From assembly GCA_049999805.1 (NCBI GenBank), contig JBNGIO010006406.1, positions 261,045-296,653 of the forward strand: DNA of 35,609 nt, read 5' to 3'. Positions within the stretch are counted from its first letter, which is position 1; every line of letters starts with the position of its first letter. Below the pieces are notes generated by a model, which was not told where the DNA came from, ran no database searches, and saw only the letters and a list, made by a program, of their open reading frames with translations. The position numbers were made by a program, and so were the translations under genes. The stretch is from Folioceros fuciformis. Lineage: Eukaryota. Of this stretch, positions 1 through 9,581 are shown piece by piece.

Positions 1-735
1 CCAAGCGGGACATCTCCACAATTTCAGGTCGCCGCCACAAATTCAGGCGGTGCGCCCTTCCAATTTCAGGCTGCGACTGCTGATTTGGGAGGCGCGTCCG
101 CAATTTTGGGTGTCGCGCCTCCTCCGCTGGAGAGCACGCCAATCAAAGAAGTGATCGCGCGTTCTTATCTGGCTCCACTTCCCGGCGCGACTGCCAATTT
201 TAGAGGCGCCTGTACAGATCTTGCTTGGGCATCCCCTAATTTCCAGCGCGTGCCTGTTGATCTGAGAAGCGCGCTTGCTTCATGCGGTGCTCATCCAGAT
301 CTAAAGGAAGGGTCTGCTCTGAATTCGAGTGTTCTTGCTGATCACAGCAGCGCCCCCATGGTGGTAGGAGGTACCACCCTACGCACGGCAGGTGCGCTCC
401 AAGCACCGGCCCTGGCTAGCAGTTTCGGACGAGTTTCTCAAGTAGAAAAACCTAGTCGACTTCTTGCTATGCAGTGCGTGCCCCCGGCGTCCACTTTAAA
501 AGTTCAAGCACCTTCAACAACGGTGGCAGTTCGTATTAAGGAGGAACCAGTTTCTCCTCCGTCCCCCTTTGAGACCCTCCAAGCTGCTTATAAGGAGTAT
601 AAGGACCACGAGGCCCAAGCACAAGCTTCATCTTCTAAGAAACGTTCTCACCATTATCTGAAACTTTGGGAGTCCATCACTAACCTACTCAACGAAGTTG
701 AAACTGTTCGCCGTATGGAGTCCAGTTCTGATTAG
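1..735 (+). CDS. Extra ORF upstream of gag (open from base 1), with 7-aa repeats and a helical C-terminus; function unknown
   Basis: Frame 1 has no stop from base 1 to TAG at 733-735. Heptad repeats QFQVAAT/NSGGAPF/QFQAATA/DLGGASA/ILGVAPP and PLPGATA/NFRGACT/DLAWASP/NFQRVPV/DLRSALA. No LTR or PBS is visible between it and gag. Confidence 0.55.
   Translation, partial: PSGTSPQFQVAATNSGGAPFQFQAATADLGGASAILGVAPPPLESTPIKEVIARSYLAPLPGATANFRGACTDLAWASPNFQRVPVDLRSALASCGAHPDLKEGSALNSSVLADHSSAPMVVGGTTLRTAGALQAPALASSFGRVSQVEKPSRLLAMQCVPPASTLKVQAPSTTVAVRIKEEPVSPPSPFETLQAAYKEYKDHEAQAQASSSKKRSHHYLKLWESITNLLNEVETVRRMESSSD
19..279 (+). repeat. Degenerate 21-bp tandem repeats in two blocks (19-123 and 175-279)
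   Basis: Units such as caatttcaggtcgccgccaca, aattcaggcggtgcgcccttc, caatttcaggctgcgactgct, gatttgggaggcgcgtccgca, aattttagaggcgcctgtaca. Confidence 0.65.
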
Positions 736-860
736 GGAACTCAAGTACCTACATTTATATCCACAAATTATCTTGTGCTCTTTTATATTGATGTTTATCC
801 TAAGCCTTGTGTTATAACACTTTGCTTGCTTAGATATATATTCAAGACATAGATAATATT

Positions 861-3800
861 ATGTCAGGAACAAGTACCCCCATGTCGATGACTACTCCCT
901 TAATTGCACCAGTGATAAATGTGATGAACGTATCCACTAATTTCAAAGAAAAAGACCGTTTTAACGGTACAAAGTATGAAGTCTGGTCTCGACGTATGAA
1001 AACAGCCATGAATACACGAGATTTGCTTTCTATCATGGAAGGAACTTCACCCAAGCCTCTGGCACCCCCGTCAGTTGTCGAAGCCTGGTTAAAACTTGAT
1101 CGTCAAGCCGTGCATATGTTAATATTTGGTCTTCACGAGACTACGTTACACCATTCCGATGGTGCAACTACAGCAACAGAAGCGTGGAAGCAGATAAATG
1201 AGATTTATCAATCCACCAATGTGATGACCCTGGTCACTGTGCGCCAGGAGTTCTATACTCTTTGTATGCAACCAGGCGATAGTATTGCCCACCATGTGAG
1301 TCGTTTTCGTTACCTCCGGGCACAATTGGCTGCACTAGGCACTACTATGTCTGAGTTCGATGCCGCTGTACAATTGCTGGCTAGTCTTCCGGCTAGCTAT
1401 CAATCTTTTGTCTCTTCACACAACCAGTCGGTCTGTAACTCTCAGCGAGCATTGGCGGCTGGTGGTCAATCCACACTTACTGTGTTCGAGATTGCCGGAG
1501 TGCTCCTACAAGAGGACGCTTCTTGCTATAATACTCGCACATCTAAGCATGGTGGTGAGCGCGTGATGTTCATAACACGAGGGCAATCTCAACATTAGCC
1601 TAAGAGAAGAGACAATCCCACAAAGCGGATGTCTTCTAACAGTCACCCAAAATTTGCTTCTTCTGCCTCTACCTCCAAGACCCAGAAGCGCCAAGGCACG
1701 TGTAACTGGTGTCAAATTCCGGGCCATTGGGAGAGGGAGTGCAGGAAGAAGCAAGCTGGTGAGGCTAAGAGGGAGCCCAAGTCCGCTAATAAGGCTGTTC
1801 TTCCTAAGGCCAAGACTCAGACTAAACCAGAGATTGCTCTTACAGTGTGCCTAGTTGCATCGGCAATAAAGACATCGTGGCTCATAAACTCCGAGGCTAC
1901 TGCTCATATTTGCAGTTCCAAGCATATGTTTACTACCTATGCGGCGTCATCTGATCCTCCTCGATATGTGCTATTAGGAGATGACTTTGGTCTTGCCATA
2001 ACAGCACAGGGAATGTGACCTTCACATTAGAAGATAATTCTACCCTTGTGCTGAAGAATGTACTTCATGTTCCGCAAATGGCAAAGAACCTTATCTCCAT
2101 TCGACAACTTATGCACGATGGTCTTTATAAACAAGAGTTTGGCAAAGAGAATTGTCTACTCTATCGCTCCTCCAAGCCCCATCAAGTGGTAGCACGAGGA
2201 TATCTCAAGAGTGATCTCTATATATTCTCCGGCACCCTTGTGTATTCTTCCAGCGTTGCAGCTGTGGATTCTACCAAGGATGCACCGCAAGATAGGCACC
2301 AGTCTTCTGGGCCAGCCTTTTTATGGCACTGTAGGCTTGGGCATCTTAACTCTGCCAAGTTACTTGCCATGTCCATGCAGGATCTCTATCGTGACAAGCT
2401 TCCCGCCTTGGCCAAGACTCCACCATTCTATGAAGCCTGTGTGTTGGCCAAGCAGCGAAGTGCACCTTACTCTAGTCTTCCTGCTCACAGGGCGTCTCAG
2501 CCCTTGGAACTAGTTCACATCGATTTGTGTGGACCTCTTCCTATCACTTCTTTAGGCGGAGCCCGTCATTTTATGACAATAGTAGATGATTATTCTCGTT
2601 ATTCTTTTATGTGTCCGCTCCGTCTCAAGAGTGACTCCTTTGGTGTGTTCCATCCCTTTGTCTCGATGGCCGAGGTGCACACTGGGTGCAAGGTACGGCG
2701 CATTCGTTCTGACAATGCAGGGGAACTCAACGATTGGCTCTTCCAAGCATTCTGTGAAGAATGAGGGATTACTTCGGCAGTTCACGGTTCCCTACACTTC
2801 TACTCAGAATGGCGTTGCGGAGAAGGCCAATGGCGATCTTATGGCCATGGCCAGGGCTATGCTAGCCCAGTCTCATCTGCCGAAGTCTTTTTGGGCTGAG
2901 GCCATTTCCACAGCCACTTATATTAAGAACCGGCTTCTTACAAAGGCAGTAGCTGGCCGTACTCCTTTTGAATGCTGGTTTGGTTACAAGCCACTTATTT
3001 CTCATCTTCGGGTTTTTGGCTCTCCCGCCTATGCCTATGTCCCTTCCCCACTACGCGACAAGCTTTCTTCTCGAGCGCGGAAACTTGTGTTTGTTGGCTA
3101 TGGGGAGGCCCGCAAGGCTTATAAGTTAGTTGACACTCACTCTCATACTCTGGTCTATGCACGAACAGTTACTTTTGATGAAGGTTATGTTCTGTCTCAT
3201 GGCCTCGTTTTGGATGGCAACGAGGATGACAGCTCTTCGACCAGTAGTCCTCGTCCTCTTGACGATATCCATGTCTCCTTTGACTTCCCTTCTTCATCAT
3301 TTCCTGATGGTTCCATGCCATTGGATCCTTCATCACTAGCAGCTCCGGCTTCTGCTCGAGGGGGGAAGATGAAGGTGAAGGTTCCATGGGTATTGCTCAA
3401 GATATGGATCCTCCTAATGATATACCTGCAACAGATGTTCACATTTTGCCTCAGAGGACAAATGATAGTGTACTTGAGCGCAGGTATCCTTCCCGCCAGA
3501 GATAGCCAAGACATTTGTGGGATGAAAAGCCTTTTGATCTAGAATTTAATCAAGCTGGTTATATTGGGGTTTATCCCACTGTGTATTCTCTTGCTACTAG
3601 CTCTGCTCTTTCAGAGGGAGATTCTCTCACACTTAGAGAAGCATATTCAAGACCGGACGCTAATAAGTTGAAATTAGCTATTGACGATGAGTACAATTCT
3701 CTAGTAAAATAACACTTGGCAATTAGTGGATCTTCCTGCAGGCAGGACTACAGTCAAGTGTAAGTGGGTACTAAAAACCAAATTTCAAGAGGTAGAACCC

Positions 3801-5229
3801 CGGATAAGATACAAAGCAAGGTTAGTGGCCAAGGGTTATAGTCAGTGAGAGGGAGTAGACTATCAGAGTGACCAGGTTTACTCTCTTGTTGTCAAAGCAG
3901 CATCTATTAGGATGCTTCTGGCCCTTTGTGCTGAACTCAACCTTACCATCTACCAACTGGATGTCTGCATAGCCTTTCTGTATGGTCATTTAGAAGAAGA
4001 AATCTATATGGATCAGCCTCAGGACTATGAGGATAAGAAACATCCTTATAAGGTGTGTAAACTTCTTCGTTCTATATATGGGCTCAAACAAAGCCCACGA
4101 CTATGGTACAAGCGAATTGACACATACCTCAAGAAGATTGGCTTTGTGCATTGTGAATTAGATACCAATCTCTATATACTACAAAAAGACAGTTCAATTG
4201 TATTAATAGCATTATATGTGGATGACTTGGTCATTCCATGTAACAATGTGGAGCTGGTTAACCAGATTAAGGCAGATCTCGGTAAAGAGTTTGAAATGAA
4301 AGACCTTGGTCAAGTTAAGTATATTCTTGGAATGCATATACATAAAGATAGGTCCACTGGAGCTATCTATCTTCATCAAGGGAGATATGTAGCAGGGATG
4401 TTGAAGAAGTTTAATCTAGAAAATGCACGAGCAGCAGCCACTCCAGGTGCCGTTGGTGTCAAGCTATCTTCGTCATCCTGTCCGCAGTCTGATGAGGATA
4501 AGAAGGAAATGGAGAGTGTGTCATATCGAATGGCAGTAGGAACACTCATGTTTCTTAGCAATTGGACCAGACTAGACATATCTCACATTGTGAATGCAGT
4601 TGCTCAATTCTCTAAGAATCCAGGAAGAGACCACTGGGTTGCAGTCAAAAGAATAATGCGACACCTAAAGGGTACTCCTAATTATGGTCTCTACTACAAA
4701 CCCAGCGGGAAGAAGCATCTACAGCTCAGTTGTTAAGTAGATGCTGATTGGGCTTTCTGATGCTGATACCCGCAAAAGTCTTTCGGCATATTGTTTCCTT
4801 GCTGGTTCCACAATGATAAATTGGTCCTGTAGGAAACAAGCCTCTATTTCTCTGTCTTCTACTGAGTCAGAGTACAAAGCATTGATAGAAGCTACAAAGG
4901 AGGCTAAGTGGGAAAGGAAATTATGCGAGGATTTGGGAATGCATCAAAAGGGACCCACTATTCTCAACAGTGATAATATGTCAGCCATTGCCTTGGTGGC
5001 TAATCTTGTGTTTCATGCCCGCACTAAGCACATCGAGATACAACATCATTATGTTAGAAATGCTGCTCAGAGGGGCTTAGTAAAGATACAGTATGTGCCT
5101 ACATATCTTAATATGGCTGATGTCTTGACAAAGTCACTTCCTAAATTCAGACATTGTTTTCATAGGGAAGGACTTGATCTTGTAGACTGTAGTAGTTATG
5201 TTTCTCAAGAAAATTTGAAGACGTGGTGA
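861..5229 (+). pseudogene. Disrupted gag-pol polyprotein of copia A
   Basis: In-frame stops at 1596-1598 (TAG), 3846-3848 (TGA) and 4734-4736 (TAA). Frameshifts near 2013, 2760, between ~3360 and 3515, 3710 and 4755. Protease active-site Asp changed to Asn. Confidence 0.92.
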
Positions 5230-5464
5230 AGATATCCCTTCTGACTCCATCAAGTGCAAGGATAACTGAAACTGGAGTATTACTTCTGTTTTGGTCATGA
5301 CTAGTGCGCTACTGTAAGGGCTGTCGTCTACAACAGACTTCTTGACAGTGTCAGCGACTGGAAGATTTGGCAGCTGAGCTGAAGTAGATAGCTTCCAGTA
5401 ATAGACTTTCACAAGCACTGATCTCTACAAGAGCTCTCATAACTCCAACGTGACTGAGAGGGAG

Positions 5465-5671
5465 AGTTAGAAGAGGTAGCAGTCCACTTGAGTTATGTAA
5501 CCTTAGGTCAAGTTAACTGAGCAAAGTAATTGTTAGGTTAGTTAGCTAGGCTAGTGAAAGAACACACCCTTTAGTATAATGTCTATAAAAGGACAATTAA
5601 GTGTACTTCTAAATTTTTCTTAATTAAAACTTTTGTGTAGAAGACACGCTTCCGCATGTAGTCTTCCAACT
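5465..5671 (+). repeat. Putative 3' LTR of copia A (207 bp)
   Basis: Follows the purine tract GAGAGGGAG. Bounded by inverted termini AGTTAGAAGA (5465-5474) and TCTTCCAACT (5662-5671), 9/10 complementary. TATAAAA at ~5584. Element B's coding frame resumes immediately after. Confidence 0.65.
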
Positions 5672-7491
5672 CTTGTTACCAAGAGACCATGGTAGTGACT
5701 GACAAGGACAAGTGGGAGAAGGTGATGTAGCCGCAGATGGATTCGCTCCATAAGAACCAAACTTGGGAGTTGGTTCGGTTGCCTGGGGGCAAGAAGACAT
5801 TGCCGTGCAAATGGGTGTGTAAGATGAAGGACATACCCCATTATGGCAAACCCAAATACAAGGCACGATTAGTTGCTAAGGGTTTTAAGCAACGGCAAGG
5901 TATTGACTTTGATGAGATTTTCTCACCAATTGTCAAAATGACCACTTTGCGATGTGTTCTTGCTCCTGGTTGCGAGGAATGATATGGAACTTGTCCAGAT
6001 GAATGTGAAGTCGGCATTTCTGTATGGTGATCTCTAGGAAGAGGTATACATGCAGCAACTATAGGGTTTCATTGAGAAAGGCAAAGAGAATATGGTGTGC
6101 AGGTTAAAGAAGAGCCTATATGGTTTGAACAGGCACCCAGGGAGTGGTATTACAAGTTCCACTCATTTATGCTTTCTCAAGGCTACAAACGCAGCGAGGA
6201 GGATTATTGCCTCTATTGCCTAAAACCATATTCTTGGCATGTGTATTTGTCGAGATAGATAGAAGCATTTGCTTTACTTGTCTCAGATTGAATACATTAA
6301 CAGGGTGCTTCAACGTTTCAACTTGGAGAAGGGGAAGGTATAGAGTACTCCATTGCCTCCATATGTGAAACTTTCAAGCAAGGATTGCCCAAGTTCTGCG
6401 GAGGACAAAGCTGAAATGGAGAAGGTTCCATACTCATTAGCTGTAGGGAGTTTGATGTATGCAATGATTGCTACACGTCCTGACATTGCTTTTGCAGTGG
6501 GAGTGATTAGCAAGTTTATGTCAAACCCTGGCAGGAAGCATTGGGAGGTAGTGAAAGGAGTTATGAGGTACTTAAATGGTACAAAAGCTTTGTGCTTATG
6601 TTTTGGTAGTGAAGATGCATTTGTAGTGGGATATACGAATGTTGATTATGTAGGGGATATGGACAAAATGAGGTTCACATCAGGTTATGTCTTCATGTGC
6701 ACTCGAAGGGCAGTCTCATGGCGATCCTGTTTGTAATCGTGCATAATGCTATCTACCACAAAGGCCGAGTATGTTGCAGCAACTGAGGCGTGCAAGGAAG
6801 CCATGTGGCTTGCTCGTTTAGTGGGAGATTTGGGGATTAAGGTTGAGCTGCCAGTATTGCATAGTGATAGCCAAAGTGCTATCCAATTGGCGAAGAATCC
6901 AGTGTTTCATGCGAAGACCAAACATGTGGAAGTGAAGTATCACTTCATTTGAGAGGTGTTAGAAGACAAGAGGGTTTAGCTTGTCAAAGTTCACACCAGT
7001 CAGAACCCTGCAGATATTCTTACTTAGGGGCTCTCTTCGGAGCAATTCGCACAAGCTCGAACAATTATGGGCATGAGGTAGACCACTCTCTTATGAAGGT
7101 AAATTGGCCTTTAAGTGGGAGGTTGTAGGGTTATTAAAGCCCAATGTGCTTAGACTAATGTGTTTAGTCTAAGATTAGTGTCTTGTTAAGTATCATTTGT
7201 TCATATTAGCTTAAGCTAATCTATAGGAAGCTTCTTGTATAGCTTCCTGTGCGCTTCTTGTGAAGCTTCCTTGGGAGCGCTTTTAGAGGGTATAAATATT
7301 CCCTTGAGCTACCTTGCAATTGAGACTCTGTGTGAGAGTGTGACCTCTTTTTCTCCTCTCCTCCTTGCTTCCTCCTTTCCTTCTTCACCATGTGGCTTTC
7401 TAATTGGTCATCGTTTCTGCTGCCGAGCTACACCTTTATAGGCAACCTAATGTGTGTGCATGTTTGTGTAGATTTTGACATCTATCCTACC
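5672..7491 (+). mobile_element. Ty1/copia element B (Tnt1/Tork-like): 3' part with RT-RNase H, PPT and 3' LTR, highly degenerate
   Basis: Motifs [80 protein letters not shown]. Many stops and frameshifts. An internal deletion near 6220 removes the YVDD motif. PPT AAGTGGGAGG at 7113-7122. Confidence 0.9.
7124..7491 (+). repeat. Putative 3' LTR of copia B (right end approximate)
   Basis: Starts TGTAGGG one base after the PPT. TATAAATA at 7291-7298. Possible degenerate terminus ATCCTACC at 7484-7491. Confidence 0.6.
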
Positions 7492-7576
7492 TAGGATTGT
7501 GGTGTTTATAAAGACGAGAAGTGTCCAGAAACCGATTGAACCAATCAGCATCCTGGTTTCCAATATTCTGTACTTT

Positions 7577-8527
7577 ATGAAGAAGGATTTCAAGCTTTGT
7601 TCAAAATCCAGGACTGTCATAGCTGTTGTTATGTGTATCTTCATACTTCTTACACACGGATATTTGTGTACTCCCTTGAAGATCGGGCTCAAAGACAGAA
7701 ACTCTACTCTATGCTATCTAGCAATATTTGTGTTTGAAGATTCTTTGTTGGACAATGGAAATTTATTGGCTCTTGATCCTTCATCTTATAATCAAAGTAT
7801 CGAAGCATATATGAATGTTATACCAAGAGAGGATGAACATCATGTAACCGACTATTTGGCACTACCTCTAGGGCTACAGTAGTTTCTAGCTCCATACATG
7901 AACACAATTCGGCCGAATTTTGAAGATGGTGTCAATTTTGCATATTTTGACGCTACAGCCACCACAAATACCAATATGGACTTCAACCTTGGTATGGAAA
8001 TATATTGGTTCAATCAATTCAGGAGCAATGTGATTGATACTGGAGGTAACGTATGAACTTACTTAACATTTTATTGTATGTATTTATTGAATTCTAAAAT
8101 TTAAATCTTACATGCAGGTACTAGGAACAAACAACCCTTGCCACATGTACAAGATTTTGGAAATGCACTCTATATATTTGAAATTGGAGGTAACGATTAC
8201 CTTACATCATTCATGCTCCTCAATACATCTGTGTACAACATGACAACATTGCTTGAGCCTACTGTTATTCAAGAAATTCAACTTAATGTAAAGTATCTGA
8301 TTTCAAATGTGAGTAGCACAAATTTTATGTTTATTAATATTCCTCCGATTGGATGTTCTGAGTTGGTCAAGCGACAAAATGTAAGTACTAATGTCGATGA
8401 AGATGGATGTGTCCAAGCACTAAACATGGCAGTGGAAAGGCACAATGAACGATTTATGGAAATGATCATTTATCTTGAATCTCAATATGACAACGTCACT
8501 TTTATACATGCTGATTACTATACTTTC
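7577..8527 (+). pseudogene. GDSL esterase/lipase pseudogene (or fragment), cut by an assembly gap
   Basis: Hydrophobic N-terminus, block I AIFVFEDSLLDNGN (G->E), in-frame TAG at 7880-7882, GVNFA, intron ~8046-8118, block III EIGGNDY, PPIGC, HADYY. Block V (DxxH) is not visible after the 10-N gap. Confidence 0.82.
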
Positions 8528-8850
8528 NNNNNNNNNNAGAGTCTCTTAGTGGAAATTATTCGAATAATTGTATACATTTAAATAGACATATAACTACAAG
8601 TAGATATGAGATTTTAAATAAACATAAGTATGTACACATCATGTAGGTTTTTTCTATATTCCCGAGAAATAAATTCATGTGACTATGTACATGTATACAA
8701 GTGCGCTTTGCATGTGTTTATAATCAAACTTAGCAGAGTTATGAAATCTTCTTTCCTTTGTCCAGCATTAGGTAAAGAGACACCGACTTGAAAAACAAGA
8801 GATCCTATAGAGAGTAGGTCACAAATATATTATAACTTGTATAAGCCTGG

Positions 8851-8940
8851 GATGGGATGGCTCCGATTGACATGCTGTGAAAATGGATGGCTTCGATTGG
8901 CATGCTGTGAAGATGGATGGATTCGATTGGGATACTGCTA
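8851..8940. repeat. 30-bp minisatellite, 3 imperfect copies
   Basis: gatgggatggctccgattgacatgctgtga / aaatggatggcttcgattggcatgctgtga / agatggatggattcgattgggatactgcta. Confidence 0.85.
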
Positions 8941-9188
8941 AGAAATGCCATTGAGGATATAGGAAAACAACCCGAGCATAATAGAGTAGTGAAGGCTAAG
9001 TAGAGTAGGACATGCTTTATCACATGTTAATTCGTTGGAGCGTTGAGGGAAAAGTGGCCGGCAATCGATTTGGCAAAGAAATTCCACGCTCCTTGGCACG
9101 GGTTGCGTTGTGGTCCGCCTTGTCCTGCCCTGCAGAGTTCGCATTGCGGTGCGATTGCTTTACCCGCTCCGCTCCACACCTGGTGGAC

Positions 9189-9196
9189 TAGGGTTT
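9189..9196 (-). promoter_or_regulatory. Telo-box (AAACCCTA) upstream of the PUX10-like gene
   Basis: TAGGGTTT ~390 bp before the ATG, just ahead of a probable 5'UTR intron donor (cag|gtgagc, ~9207). Confidence 0.4.
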
Positions 9197-9581
9197 GAGT
9201 CTGCAGGTGAGCACGCTCGGCTTGAGGCTTGAGGCTTGAGGAGGCGCCGTTGCTGGGGAGCAGACAGGCCCGGGACTTCCAAGCTCAAAGATCGGTGAGC
9301 CATGAGAAGCTGCACTTGGCATTTCCGGCGAGCTGCTGTGCTAACCTGCTCGCTCCCCAGCTCCGCAATTGTGTTTGTCGAGGGTTTGCGGCAGTGCTTA
9401 CGTAGCTCGGTTTGAAAGGGTACTGAATTGCTCCTGCTCCCGTAGCTTGTGCAGGCCGGATGAGCGACAGCATCTGGATACGTGGCGATCCTCATGAGCA
9501 AGGACGAGCGTGCAGGGGAACGCGGGTAGGACGGAGTAGGGGTTGAAGGTAGTTTTGCGGTGCGAGACGGGGGGCCCAGCC

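Larger units (their letters stand above)
1..5671 (+). mobile_element. Ty1/copia LTR retrotransposon A, degenerate; 5' LTR lies outside the window
   Basis: Domain order is gag (861-1598, UBN2-like), CCHC knuckle CNWCQIPGHWEREC, protease (WLINSEAT, from DSGAT), integrase (LWHCRLGH, HIDLCGP, DDYSRY, RSDNAGE, QNGVAE), RT ([15 protein letters not shown]), RNase H. Integrase before RT defines copia. PPT at ~5455-5464, then a 3' LTR. Confidence 0.93.

Noticed and set aside
1596..2020. Programmed readthrough or frameshift between gag and pol
   Set aside because: The stop precedes the zinc knuckle and many other lesions exist, so random decay is simpler.
8851..8940. CRISPR-like array
   Set aside because: Contiguous tandem units with no spacers, in a eukaryotic context with no cas genes.
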